A program made the position numbers and the translations under genes. From NCBI GenBank assembly GCA_017656505.1, contig JACDNU010000005.1, positions 14,739-78,738 on the forward strand: a DNA stretch of 64,000 nt. The letters run 5' to 3'. This document shows, piece after piece, positions 10,018-20,344 of this stretch. Origin of the DNA: Archaeoglobus sp. GTDB taxonomy: Archaea > Halobacteriota > Archaeoglobi > Archaeoglobales > Archaeoglobaceae. Position 1 is the first letter of the stretch, and the number at the start of each line of letters is the position of its first letter. Under the pieces are notes generated by a model. The model had not been told where the DNA came from and searched no databases. It saw only the letters and a list, made by a program, of their open reading frames with translations.

Positions 10018-11601
10018 ATGAAGGTTCTCGTCTCAGATCCAATCCCGGATGAAGCAGTTTTGATGATGAAGAACGCCGGAATATGGGTAGATGTGATGAC
10101 TAATCTCTCTCAGGATGAGCTTATCAAAATAATCCCCGAATACGACGGCTTGATCGTCAGGAGTGGTACCAAGGTCACCAAAGAGGTAATTGAGGCTGCT
10201 AAGAAGCTAAAGATTATAGGCAGAGCGGGAGTTGGTGTGGATAACATCGATGTCGAGGCTGCGACCCAAAAAGGAATCGTGGTTGCAAACGCTCCCGGAG
10301 GAAATTCCGTTTCTACAGCTGAGCTTTCTCTTGCGATGATCTTTGCGGTTGCGAGAAAGATTCCGCAGGCTGTCCAGAGCGTTAAAACCGGTAAATGGGA
10401 GAGGAAAAAATTTTTAGGAACAGAGCTTAGAGGCAAAACTCTCGGCGTCGTTGGTTTAGGTAGGGTTGGATTCGAGGTTGCAAAGCGTGCAAGGGCTTTG
10501 GAAATGAGTGTCCTGGCTTATGATCCATACATTGGAGAAGATAAAGCTAAAGAAATCGGCGTCGAGCTGGTGGAGCTCGATGAGCTCATAAGAAGATCTG
10601 ACTTCATAACCATCCACGTTCCAAAAACTAAGGAAACGGAGGGCATGTTCTCAAAAAGGGAATTCGAGATGATGAAGGATGGAGCATACATAATAAACTG
10701 CGCCAGAGGAGGAATTGTTGATGAGAAGGCTCTTTACGAGGCTTTAAAAGATGGGAAGATTGCTGGAGCAGCTTTGGATGTTTACGAGACCGAACCTCCT
10801 TCTCCCGAAAATCCCCTTTTAAAGCTGGACAACGTCGTTACAACCCCACACATAGGGGCCTCAACTAAAGAGGCTCAGATAAGCGTAGGTCTTACAATAG
10901 CAGAAGAGATCCTTAACGTTTACAAAGGGCTGCCCGTAAGGAATGCGGTTAACCTCCCAAGCTTGGATCCAACAGTCTATCAGAAGATCTTTCCATTCAT
11001 GCTTCTCGCCGAGAAAATTGGCAAGATCGCATCTGCCAGACTCAACAACATCGTAAGGGCTGTTAGGATCACTTATAAAGGAAAAATCGCTGCTCTCGAT
11101 ACTGCTTACATTACAAGATCGCTGCTGATGGGTTTGCTGCGAGACATCCTTGGATCCAACATAAACTTAGTTTCATGCATGCCCATAGCAAAGGAGAGAG
11201 GGATTCGTGTTGAAGAGAGCAAAAGCGAAACGTCAGACTACTATGACAGCATATTAGAGGTTTTTGTGGAGAGCGACGACAGCTCGATCACGATTGAGGG
11301 CACCTGTTTCGGCAAAGAGGATTTCCGAGTGATCAAGATAGACAAATATAAGGTCGATTTCGTGCCGAAAGGAAACTACATAATCTCCCTCCACGAAGAT
11401 AAGCCGGGAGTCATAGGCAGGGTTGGGACGCTTTTCGGGAACAACAACATCAACATTGCTGGAATGATCGTCGGCAGACATGGGGGACCGGGAGGTGTTC
11501 AGCTCATGCTTTTGCTGGTTGATGACGTTCCACCAAAGGATGTGCTGGATGAGATGACGACACTCGACGGAATAATCGATGCAACTTACATCGAGCTTTG
11601 A
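10018..11601 (+). CDS. serA: D-3-phosphoglycerate dehydrogenase with C-terminal ACT domain
   Basis: In-frame ATG at 10018 (MKVLVSDPI) preceded by ggcggtg. NAD motif GVVGLGRVG, catalytic region TPHIGAST. The ORF track start at 9952 is a TTG extension. Confidence 0.9.
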   Translation: MKVLVSDPIPDEAVLMMKNAGIWVDVMTNLSQDELIKIIPEYDGLIVRSGTKVTKEVIEAAKKLKIIGRAGVGVDNIDVEAATQKGIVVANAPGGNSVSTAELSLAMIFAVARKIPQAVQSVKTGKWERKKFLGTELRGKTLGVVGLGRVGFEVAKRARALEMSVLAYDPYIGEDKAKEIGVELVELDELIRRSDFITIHVPKTKETEGMFSKREFEMMKDGAYIINCARGGIVDEKALYEALKDGKIAGAALDVYETEPPSPENPLLKLDNVVTTPHIGASTKEAQISVGLTIAEEILNVYKGLPVRNAVNLPSLDPTVYQKIFPFMLLAEKIGKIASARLNNIVRAVRITYKGKIAALDTAYITRSLLMGLLRDILGSNINLVSCMPIAKERGIRVEESKSETSDYYDSILEVFVESDDSSITIEGTCFGKEDFRVIKIDKYKVDFVPKGNYIISLHEDKPGVIGRVGTLFGNNNINIAGMIVGRHGGPGGVQLMLLLVDDVPPKDVLDEMTTLDGIIDATYIEL

Positions 11602-11764
11602 TAGATTTTAGAGTTTAATATTTATTTTGATTTGTGACGTTTTCGGTACTTTCCGCTTCCCCTGTTTCTAGTTTCCTCTTTTCTTCCTGTTTTCTTTTTT
11701 CTTTTGTTTCATTCATTTCCCTTCTAAAGCCCCACAACACCACAACACTAAGACACTTACAACA

Positions 11765-13294
11765 CTATTCCTTTCCACTAGCAGACTTAATTTTTATAAT
11801 GAAAACAGTTCCGTCTGGCTTGTTATCCGCTACCTCAATGCTCCCACCATATTTTTCAATCACCTTTCTAACGATATGGAGCCCAAGCCCCGTGTTTCCA
11901 GTTTCCCCGAATTTGAACCCTTCCTCAAAAATATAATCTTTTATCTCATCGGGGATTCCCTTCCCAAAGTCCGCAAACCTTATCTCGCATTCCTCTCCTT
12001 TTCTCTCAATTGCTACTTCGATTTTCTCGCTTCTTCCATGTATTATCGCGTTGGTAACGAGGTTGTCGATTACCGAAGCGAACGCATCGTCTGCCTCAAT
12101 TTCACAATCTCCCTTTATGCTAAACTCAACACCGTAATTGCTTACCACTTCTTCAACCACCTTCCTTACGCTAATCCTTTTCCTTTCTCCTGCTGAAGTG
12201 CATCTCTCGAATTCCCGCATCCTGTTTATGAGATTCTCACATCTCTCTACAGCTCTGAAGATCGATTCAAGGTATTCTTTTGCTTCATCGCTAATTTTGG
12301 CCTTATCTTTAAGCAATTCAGCAGAACCCCAGATTATCGAGAGGTTGTTAACCATGTCGTGTCTCATGATCCGATTTATCAGCCTTAGTGTCTCGTTCGT
12401 ATATTTAAGCTCGTACGACCTCTTAACCTCCTCCAACATCTCGTTAATCCTCTCAGCAAGTTCCGAAAGTTCATCTCCCCCTTCAATCCTAACCTTTTCA
12501 TCAAAATTCCCAGTTTCTTTTATCCGAATTACAGAAGACGTTAGCTTTGAGATTCTAGAGAGGACGCTTCGATCAAGGATTAGAATGAAAGCAGTGATCA
12601 ACACAAGTCCGATAGAAAGAAGCGAGATTAGAACACTCCTCAAAATTTGTGTTCCTCCAGCATAAATTTCCCTTTCTATTCCGACTTCCAGATGGTATTT
12701 TGAAGATTCTGAGTTGTCCAGCCCTTTGAGCGGTATCAAACCGACAATATAGCTACTATTAACCAATCTCAACTCCAGGCCGTTAACTTTTCCTTCCTTT
12801 AATGCCACACTTTTGCCGGTTAGCTTGGCTATCTTCCCAAGCAACTTCTCGAGCTTCTCACCTATAATTAGCGTTTTGTTGTCACAGGAGTGCGCAGCGA
12901 TTAGGATTGGTTCATCCAAATAAACTATCCCGGATCCACCATCCAAGTTTTTAATGTGATTGGTGTTAATGTAATCGGTGGGAAATTTTGCGTAATTGGA
13001 ATATACCACCTCACCATGGCCCACAACCACCACGAGATCCTCATCGATTTTATCCGGTTTTATGCCGGAAGATGCATAAATTTTACATCTTTCTTCAAGC
13101 TTGGATAGTTCTTCATCAACCAATCTAGAGACTTCTACAGTATCTTTTAAAGCCTCATTCTCCTCTAAACCCTGAAAAAAGGCTGAAATGACATTATAGT
13201 TGAGAATTGAGATCCAAACAATCATAAACAAAAGTAGAGAAGTCGCAGTGATTATCGTTCTCTTTCTCAGAGACATAATCTTCGATATGTGCAA
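11765..13294 (-). CDS. membrane sensor histidine kinase (orphan; no response regulator adjacent)
   Basis: 509 aa. Two TM segments flank an extracytoplasmic domain. H-box IMRHDMVNNL, N-box LVTNAIIHG, G-boxes DFGKGIP and GNTGLGLHIV. Confidence 0.85.
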   Translation of the reverse strand: MHISKIMSLRKRTIITATSLLLFMIVWISILNYNVISAFFQGLEENEALKDTVEVSRLVDEELSKLEERCKIYASSGIKPDKIDEDLVVVVGHGEVVYSNYAKFPTDYINTNHIKNLDGGSGIVYLDEPILIAAHSCDNKTLIIGEKLEKLLGKIAKLTGKSVALKEGKVNGLELRLVNSSYIVGLIPLKGLDNSESSKYHLEVGIEREIYAGGTQILRSVLISLLSIGLVLITAFILILDRSVLSRISKLTSSVIRIKETGNFDEKVRIEGGDELSELAERINEMLEEVKRSYELKYTNETLRLINRIMRHDMVNNLSIIWGSAELLKDKAKISDEAKEYLESIFRAVERCENLINRMREFERCTSAGERKRISVRKVVEEVVSNYGVEFSIKGDCEIEADDAFASVIDNLVTNAIIHGRSEKIEVAIERKGEECEIRFADFGKGIPDEIKDYIFEEGFKFGETGNTGLGLHIVRKVIEKYGGSIEVADNKPDGTVFIIKIKSASGKE

Positions 13295-13321
13295 AACACT
13301 AAAATTTTACTGTTTTATATC

Positions 13322-13363
13322 ACGATTAATAATCCCCACCCCCTTCATTTCCTTTGGAGGTTA
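13322..13363. repeat. 42-bp dispersed repeat, copy A (inverted relative to copy B at 20052-20093)
   Basis: acgattaataatccccacccccttcatttcc is identical to the reverse complement of 20063-20093. The match extends to 42 bp with 2 mismatches. Confidence 0.9.
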
Positions 13364-13945
13364 GGAAAATAGCTGGTAGAATACTCCAGAAAGTAACGGA
13401 ACGCTTAGATTGTCGTTTACATAGAAATTTCTGACCTTTATAGGTTTAGACTCCATAAAAGCTCCAACAAAGCAGGCTAAGGCCAATACCCTAAGCTCGA
13501 GATCGAATTCCATTCCGATTTCTAGAGTTGAGATGATTGTGATAAAAAGAAAGGAAGATAGAAACATGGAGATGAATGGTGCGTTTCTCCACCGATTTCT
13601 AGGTTTGTTTTTCAGATACGTTTTTACCAAACCGGATACTCCGTCCCCAACACATCCGGTTAGAACCCCAACTACAGCCGCTTCAGCTGAAAAGAAGGCC
13701 GTAAGCAGCAGTGCAGCGATACCAAAATAAACATATGCTCCTATTCCTCTAATTTCATATGGGTTTAAAATCCATTCCGGCAAAATTCTGTACTTTCTCC
13801 TTAAAATCTCGATTAGTATAGATAATAACACTAAAACCGCTACGATCCCAAGAGTAACCGTTTTCCCTGCATAAGAATACAGCGGAAAGTATAAAACACC
13901 CAAAAAATGTATCGCTTTTCTCAGAATTTCCTCTTTCATCCCCAT
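13361..13945 (-). CDS. polytopic membrane protein, dolichol/phytol kinase-like (CTP-dependent kinase / cytidylyltransferase superfamily)
   Basis: 194 aa, about 6 TM segments, N-terminal RKAIHF motif. Confidence 0.5.
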   Translation of the reverse strand: MGMKEEILRKAIHFLGVLYFPLYSYAGKTVTLGIVAVLVLLSILIEILRRKYRILPEWILNPYEIRGIGAYVYFGIAALLLTAFFSAEAAVVGVLTGCVGDGVSGLVKTYLKNKPRNRWRNAPFISMFLSSFLFITIISTLEIGMEFDLELRVLALACFVGAFMESKPIKVRNFYVNDNLSVPLLSGVFYQLFS

Positions 13946-14085
13946 TCAAATACAAGTCATTCTAATCCTATTTTAATCCTATTTCGCTTTCTGCCAACCA
14001 TTACCAACCATCTCTTATTCTCCCCCCAACCACATTCAACCCCAACCCCAAAACATTAAATTAGCAGCTCGATGATGTTTTCCCA

Positions 14086-14991
14086 ATGAAATGCAGATGT
14101 GGAGAACGAGCATCATTCTGGTTAAAACCCTATAGAATCGCTTTATGTGAGGATTGTTATCCACAGTTTTACGTTAATTTGGTAAAGAAAAGCATAAAGA
14201 GATTTAATATTCTTAAAAAATCTGAGAAAATCCTAGCCTGTGTTTCTGGTGGTAAGGACAGTATTTCAATGGTTTACGCACTAAAAGAATTAGGGTATGA
14301 TTTAAAAGCATTCTTTATCGATTTAGGTGTTAAGAAGTACTCCAAAAAAGCTAAGAGTGTGTTCGAGGAGATTTCAGGACTTCTCAACCTCGATTCAGAG
14401 GTTGTTAGCCTTGAAGACTACGGATTGCGAATTGACGATTTAACGCTAAAGAAGATATGCTCTGCCTGTGGGACCTCTAAGCGACATCTCATTAACAGAT
14501 TTGCCCGAGAGAATGGGTTTGACGTGATTGCGACAGGCCATACTTGCGATGATATTGTTGTCTTTTTCTTTAAAAATATGCTCAGCGGTAATCTTGAGTA
14601 CATACCAAAACTGAAACCAAGATTAGAGGGTTTTGATGGTTTGATAACGAGAACAAAGCCTATTTTCGAGAGAACAGAGAAGGAAAATCAAATTCTAGTA
14701 GAGATCCTGAACTTTCCGTATCTGAAAGAATCTTGCCCTCATAAGCCAGATGATAAGTGGAAAGAGTTTATTCAAAAAATGGAAGATGAAAAGCCAGGCT
14801 TTGAACAGACTTTTTTAAGGGGTTTACTAAAGCTCATAGACAGATTAAACTCAAAAATAGAGGTGGATTCAAGCTCTCTCAAAAGATGCCGCTTGTGCGG
14901 GGAGATTTCGAACAAAGAAATTTGCTACTTTTGCAGGTTGGTTGAGAAATACGGGAAAATCTCAAATTCAAAAGTTTTGAGGAAAGAGTAG
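14086..14991 (+). CDS. PP-loop ATPase, Ncs6/NcsA(TtcA)-type tRNA 2-thiolation protein with N- and C-terminal zinc fingers
   Basis: 301 aa. CRCGE...CEDC, PP-loop SGGKDS, C-terminal CRLCG...CYFC. Confidence 0.75.
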   Translation: MKCRCGERASFWLKPYRIALCEDCYPQFYVNLVKKSIKRFNILKKSEKILACVSGGKDSISMVYALKELGYDLKAFFIDLGVKKYSKKAKSVFEEISGLLNLDSEVVSLEDYGLRIDDLTLKKICSACGTSKRHLINRFARENGFDVIATGHTCDDIVVFFFKNMLSGNLEYIPKLKPRLEGFDGLITRTKPIFERTEKENQILVEILNFPYLKESCPHKPDDKWKEFIQKMEDEKPGFEQTFLRGLLKLIDRLNSKIEVDSSSLKRCRLCGEISNKEICYFCRLVEKYGKISNSKVLRKE

Positions 14992-15272
14992 AATATAGCA
15001 GTGGTTGTAGTGTAGGGTGTGGTGTAGGGTTACGAGGCAGAGTTACGCAGATTACGCAGTAAAGTGATTATAAAGCACAATACCTCAGCTTGATAACATC
15101 AACTAGCTAATCAACTAATTTTGTTTTTGAATTTGTGAAAACTGGAAATTTTAACGAAAAGGATAGAAAAACGAAGAGAATAATATGAGTTTTTTGTCAA
15201 ACCTCCCTGCGAAACTCTCCGTTAAACTTTTCTCCAGACTCTCCGTCCTATATATGCTACATTCACCTTTGT

Positions 15273-16697
15273 TTATTCAATGGGTTCAAATAAAGCGTTA
15301 AAGTGTCTCAGAACTGGAGGTTCAAAAGTCATCCTCAAACCTTTGATCTCATGACGATTTCTGTAGAGCTCTCCTATTGAATTTGCGATATAAAAGATAT
15401 GATCTAATGTGTAGACCCGTCTCGGAATTGCAAGTCTAATGAGATCCAGCTTAGGCCAGATCCACTCCCCGTCCTTCTTCTCAGCAAACATTAAGCTACC
15501 GATTTCCACAGTTCTGATTGCTGAATACTCATATATCGCACAGGCAGTTGCATGAGATGGCCATTGTTCCCGCGGAAGATGGGATGCAAAGCTTAAACCA
15601 TCCAGATAGATTCCATGTCCGCCAAAAGGTTTTAGTAAAGGTACTCCTTGCTTTTCAAGCAATTTTCCAAGAAAGGCAACTTGTTCTATTCTTGAACGTA
15701 AATAGTGCTCGTTTAAAACTTCCCTTAACCCTTGGGCAAGAGCTTCTAAGTCTCTGCCTGCCAAACCTCCGTAGGTGGGAAAACCTTCCGTAACAACCAT
15801 GAGTTGCCTTATTTTCCAGTAAAGTTCCTTGTCATTCAAAGCGATAAAACCACCAATGTTCACCAAACCATCTTTCTTCCCACTCACCAAAACTCCATCT
15901 GCGAGGGAGAACATCTCCCTAGCTATCTCTTTTAGATCTCTATCTCCGTAACCTCTCTCTCTATTTTTTATAAAGTAAACATTTTCAGCAAACCTAGCAG
16001 CATCCAGAAAGAATGGTATGTTATTCTCTCGAGCAATCTCAGAAATTTGGCGAATGTTCTCCATGCTTACTGGCTGACCCCCTCCCGAGTTGTTGGTAAC
16101 AGTGAGAACTATAATTTTAACTTTTCCTTCATTCTCGGAAACGAAGCTTTCAAGCTTTTCAATATCGATGTTTCCTTTAAAGGGTAATTCTCTTTTGAGA
16201 TCGTAAGCCTCCTCTACAACCAAATCAACTGCTTTTGCCCCCCTCACCTCAACATTCGCTCTAGTCGTATCGAAAAACTGATTGCTCACCGCAAAATCCC
16301 CTTTTTTCAAGTCTAGGGCATTGAATGTGAGATATTCCGCTGCTCTTCCTTGGTGGGTTGGTATTACGTATTCATAGCCCATTACCTCATGAATTACCTC
16401 TTTCAACCTGAAAAAGCTTCTTGCAGAAGCGTAAGCTTCATCCCCTCGCATAAGTGCGCTCCATTGCTGATCGCTCATCGCAGAGGTGCCAGAATCCGTT
16501 AACAAATCTATGTAGATTTTTTCGGAAGGTATATTGAAGACGTTATATCCCGCCTCCTTTAAGATCTTCCTTCTCTCCTCGATAGGAGGGATTTCCGTAA
16601 ATTCAACCATTTTTATCTTATACGGTGGCGGAGTTGGTAAATCGGGGAAATCGGAGAGACTAGATAAACCGATCTTATTAAAATCCATTTTCCTCAC
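15273..16697 (-). CDS. beta-eliminating lyase (tryptophanase / tyrosine phenol-lyase family), PLP-dependent
   Basis: 474 aa. IDLLTDSGTSAMS, PTHQGRAAE and PLP-lysine context SGKKDGLVNIGG. Confidence 0.8.
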   Translation of the reverse strand: MRKMDFNKIGLSSLSDFPDLPTPPPYKIKMVEFTEIPPIEERRKILKEAGYNVFNIPSEKIYIDLLTDSGTSAMSDQQWSALMRGDEAYASARSFFRLKEVIHEVMGYEYVIPTHQGRAAEYLTFNALDLKKGDFAVSNQFFDTTRANVEVRGAKAVDLVVEEAYDLKRELPFKGNIDIEKLESFVSENEGKVKIIVLTVTNNSGGGQPVSMENIRQISEIARENNIPFFLDAARFAENVYFIKNRERGYGDRDLKEIAREMFSLADGVLVSGKKDGLVNIGGFIALNDKELYWKIRQLMVVTEGFPTYGGLAGRDLEALAQGLREVLNEHYLRSRIEQVAFLGKLLEKQGVPLLKPFGGHGIYLDGLSFASHLPREQWPSHATACAIYEYSAIRTVEIGSLMFAEKKDGEWIWPKLDLIRLAIPRRVYTLDHIFYIANSIGELYRNRHEIKGLRMTFEPPVLRHFNALFEPIE

Positions 16698-16963
16698 CTA
16701 TCTAACCAATCAAACAATTTGAAAATCCTTTATTCAGCTCTTTTTTAAATTTTATCTTTTTCTAGCTCTTTTAACAGGGTTTAATTCCATAATCCGGAAT
16801 TTTGCAGATTTTTAGCCTTTATTCATTTAATTCTGGATCTAATAAAGCTTGTAGGATTTTCCCTGTTTTATAGCTGTAATTCTAGTTTTTAGTCATAGGA
16901 TCTCAGAAATTTTTGGAGTGGGTTTACATAATTAAAAATGGGAAGTTTAAACTGATAAAACAA

Positions 16964-17500
16964 CTAAAAAGAATTCTTGTCCCCCTTCAGCATCGAAAGT
17001 ATCCTTTCCAAGAGATCTAGTAGTCTCTCTATCTCGTCTGGAGATCTTGCGTTAGTGAGGAGATCTAAAACATCATTTAACTTCAGCTCGAGCACGTTTC
17101 TTAACTTTTTATCGATTTTAATTTTAGTTTCAGTTTCCGTTTCAGTTTCAAGCGATTCCTTCACTTCCATCTCTAAATCCTTTGAACTTTTCACTTCACT
17201 TTTAGATTGAGATTTAGCTTGGATTTCTGGTAGTTCTGGTAATTCTTGTAGTTTTGGTGGTTCTAATTCTGATGATGTTAATGATTCTGCTGAGGTTTTT
17301 TCTTTGACAGTTTTATTTGCATTCTCTCTAACTCTACTTTCCAACTCACTCTCAAAAACAACCTCCCTTCCACACGAAGGACAAATCATCTTATCTTGAT
17401 ATTTGAAAATCGGGATCCCACAATCAGGACAGTGATAGGGAAGCATCTTTGCTCCTTTGTAAAGAAGTTTAATAGCTTCCGAAATTTTTTTATCCTCCAT
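16964..17500 (-). CDS. zinc-ribbon protein (UPF0148 / autoantigen p27-like) with acidic repeat-rich middle
   Basis: 178 aa. CPDCGIPIF...CPSCG ribbon. ELPELPE and ETETETE repeats encoded by DNA tandem repeats. Confidence 0.6.
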   Translation of the reverse strand: MEDKKISEAIKLLYKGAKMLPYHCPDCGIPIFKYQDKMICPSCGREVVFESELESRVRENANKTVKEKTSAESLTSSELEPPKLQELPELPEIQAKSQSKSEVKSSKDLEMEVKESLETETETETKIKIDKKLRNVLELKLNDVLDLLTNARSPDEIERLLDLLERILSMLKGDKNSF

Positions 17501-17555
17501 GCCATAAGGTTTGTGAAGCGATAATTAAAAGTTTCAGTTCTCGAGGTGATGGCCT

Positions 17556-17816
17556 ATGGCGGAGAATGTACCACAGGAAGTTTTGGATGTCCTAGACAGG
17601 ATTATACAGGATGATTCTGTTCCGAGAAACATAAGAAAGACGGCGGGTGAAATAAAAGAAAGTTTACTCCATGGAGAGGATACTTTAGCCGTAAGGGCTT
17701 CATCGGCTATTTCGATCCTTGAAGATATAGCCTCAGATCCAAATCTCCCGATGCACGTTCGAACTTTAATATGGAATGTTTCAAGCCAACTGGAGAGAAT
17801 ATCTGTGGATAGATAA
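17556..17816 (+). CDS. small conserved archaeal protein (UPF0147-like)
   Basis: 86 aa helical ORF. The overlapping antisense 97-aa ORF (17534-17827) looks non-coding. Confidence 0.6.
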   Translation: MAENVPQEVLDVLDRIIQDDSVPRNIRKTAGEIKESLLHGEDTLAVRASSAISILEDIASDPNLPMHVRTLIWNVSSQLERISVDR

Positions 17817-17989
17817 GCATAAGGCAAAATCAGTGAATTTATTTCATTTTCGTGTTAACCTACTTGTATTTGAGAGATTTGGCAGGATTTAGTAGTCTTG
17901 GATAGTTTTGGTAAATTTTTCAGTAAATTTTTGGGTGTTCCTTTAAAGTATCTGCTTTAAATTAGATAAAATAGAAAGTAAAAATGAAC

Positions 17990-18019
17990 AATTATTTGAA
18001 TGGAAATTATTTGAATGGA
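17990..18019. repeat. perfect 15-bp x2 tandem duplication straddling the glyS stop codon
   Basis: aattatttgaatgga occurs at 17990-18004 and 18005-18019. The second copy holds the last glyS codons plus TAA (18007-18009, minus strand). Confidence 0.95.
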
Positions 18020-19707
18020 ACTCCAAATTCCATTAAATCTCTCTCACTTTCAAGCAGTTCCCTCAAAACTCTCTCAAGCTCCCCTTCTTTGACCCTAATT
18101 TGTCTGGTTGAATCTCTATCCCTAATCGTAACGGTTGAATCTTCAAAGGTTTGGTGGTCTATCGTCACGCAAAATGGTGTGCCGATTTCGTCGTATCTTC
18201 TATACCTCCTTCCAATACTTCCAGAATCATCCTTTTCAGTGAAAAATCCTGCCTTTTTCAACTTTAAGGTTATTTCATCGGCTTTAGATACAAAGGGATC
18301 TCTGGAGAGGAGTGGGAGTACCGCAACCTGAACGGGAGACATCCACCTCTTAAGCCTTAAAACCCGTCTCTCTTCTCCGTCAACGATATCGGTATCGAAA
18401 GAATGTTCGAGAATGGAGTAGGTTATTCTGTCCAAGCCGAAAGATGGTTCTATTACATGGGGGATAACCCTCTCACCGTAAACAACTTCTTCTTTCTCTT
18501 CTATCTCGAAGAACGTGTCTTCTATTTCATACTTTTCCCCTTCAATTTCTAGAATTATCTTACCATCAGAAACTTCGCCGTTATACGCCTCGATAGCTTC
18601 TGCAATAGCTTTGGATTTTTCTCTGAATTTTGGACCGATTAGGTTCATTTTAGGAATGAACTTTTTTGCTTTTACTTTCACCGGCTCCTCATAGGGAATG
18701 AAGATGCTTAAATCCTCTTTACTATACTGATTGTGCCTTGTGAGATCGTAATCACCCCTATCAGCTATTCCCACAACCTCTATCCATCCGTAGGAAGTGT
18801 ACGCTTCCGCATCCCAACAGTCAACCGCATAATGAGCCCTCTCATCATCTTTATGCTGTCTAAATCTGAGCTTATCCTTTTTCAATCCCGCTTTAAGCAG
18901 GAATTCAGCCGTTCTGGCTATGAAGTAGGCTAGCAGTTCATGGGCTATTATGCCTTTCTCCACAGCCTCGCCAAGGGTGATGTTGTGCTCCCCATCCATC
19001 TTGTCGACCAATGTGATTGTAAAATCTCGATATTTCTCAAATTCTGGATGTCTCTTTTCTCCGGGGTGAACGAAGTACTCCAGCTCAGCTTGATTGAATT
19101 CTCTAAGCCTAATAACTCCCTGCCGAGGGCTGATCTCATTTCTGTAGGCTCTTCCTATCTGGCACACTCCAAATGGAAGTTTTTCTCTAAAGTAGTCGGC
19201 AAGCCTCTTAAAGTCAATAAAGATTCCCTGAGCTGTTTCAGGTCTAAGGTAGCCGTTCTTCCCCTTGCCCGGACCGATCTTGGTTGAGAACATCAGGTTA
19301 AAGTTCTCCGGCTCTTTAAACTTCCCGCCACACTCACATCGCAAGTCATAGGCGGAAAGTACTTCGTTAACGAACTCTATCGTTTCTTCAGTTTCTATTC
19401 CCAATTTCTCTTTGATGTAGTGGTCCGCCCGAAATATCTTACCGCATTTTTCACACTCTATCGCGACATCGGTGAAGGAAGAAACGTGGCCGGAAGCTAT
19501 GAAGATCTCCTCGATTCCAATGGTAGGGGTATCAATCTCAACCGCTCTCTCGCTTATTACGAAAAACTCCCTCCAGAGCTTTTCGAGATTTCTTCTCAAA
19601 CCATTTCCCAATGGACCATAGTCAACAAAGCCAGCCATTCCACCGTAAATCTCAAAAGACTGCCAGAGGTATCCTCTTCTTACTAGCATCTCTGTTATGT
19701 CTGTCAT
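18007..19707 (-). CDS. glyS: glycyl-tRNA synthetase (archaeal/eukaryal-type class II)
   Basis: Start chosen at ATG 19707 (MTDITEMLVRRGYLWQSFEIYGG), preceded by aaaggggga. Class II motifs present (FRNEISPR, GLDR). The track start at 19746 is an upstream extension. Confidence 0.9.
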   Translation of the reverse strand: MTDITEMLVRRGYLWQSFEIYGGMAGFVDYGPLGNGLRRNLEKLWREFFVISERAVEIDTPTIGIEEIFIASGHVSSFTDVAIECEKCGKIFRADHYIKEKLGIETEETIEFVNEVLSAYDLRCECGGKFKEPENFNLMFSTKIGPGKGKNGYLRPETAQGIFIDFKRLADYFREKLPFGVCQIGRAYRNEISPRQGVIRLREFNQAELEYFVHPGEKRHPEFEKYRDFTITLVDKMDGEHNITLGEAVEKGIIAHELLAYFIARTAEFLLKAGLKKDKLRFRQHKDDERAHYAVDCWDAEAYTSYGWIEVVGIADRGDYDLTRHNQYSKEDLSIFIPYEEPVKVKAKKFIPKMNLIGPKFREKSKAIAEAIEAYNGEVSDGKIILEIEGEKYEIEDTFFEIEEKEEVVYGERVIPHVIEPSFGLDRITYSILEHSFDTDIVDGEERRVLRLKRWMSPVQVAVLPLLSRDPFVSKADEITLKLKKAGFFTEKDDSGSIGRRYRRYDEIGTPFCVTIDHQTFEDSTVTIRDRDSTRQIRVKEGELERVLRELLESERDLMEFGVPFK

Positions 19708-20051
19708 TATATTCCCCCTTTCAATTATGAGATTTTTTACTCGCATCTAACGAACTCGGTTTTTAAATATTCGGAAGGTTGATTTTCGAAGTGGCTGATT
19801 TTTGAAGATAACCTTGAGGAGAAAACTATAATGTTACGATATTAAGTTTTCCAAATTATACCTTAGATTAGAAGATTAGATTATAAATTGCACTTAGATT
19901 ACTTAGATTATCAACGTACTTTCTACTGATCTGAATTACAAAAGCCGTTAGAGCCGATATTTTTCATTGCAACTTAGTCTCTACTTTAAAAATTAAATAA
20001 AACTCTCTCTCAACTTCAAATCTGAACTTGCTAAACTTCGCCCGACTTACA

Positions 20052-20093
20052 TAACTTCCAAGGGAAATGAAGGGGGTGGGGATTATTAATCGT
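20052..20093. repeat. 42-bp dispersed repeat, copy B (inverted relative to 13322-13363)
   Basis: See copy A. The sequence taacttccaagggaaatgaagggggtggggattattaatcgt lies in the divergent glyS / TPP-enzyme spacer. Confidence 0.9.
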
Positions 20094-20344
20094 TATAGTT
20101 TGTGGTAGATGAATGTAGGTGGATCTTATCTTGCTTTTGCTTTTACCTAAAACTTTAACATCAACATTTTTGAATACTTCTCGAGATTTCTCGTAAAATT
20201 GAAGATTGAATCTCTAGAGTTATTATCACTTTATTATCACTTAAAGTAATCTTACATTTGTCTAAAATCATCCAAATCATCCAAATGGCCTACCCCAATT
20301 TCTTTATTAATGATTGTGCAAATTATTTTTATGGAGGTGGATTG

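Noticed and set aside
11634-11936. 100-aa plus-strand ORF spanning the serA/kinase convergent spacer
   Set aside because: It is translated from the pyrimidine-rich low-complexity spacer and the antisense strand of the histidine kinase 3' end (FSFVSFISLL...). It is not protein-like.
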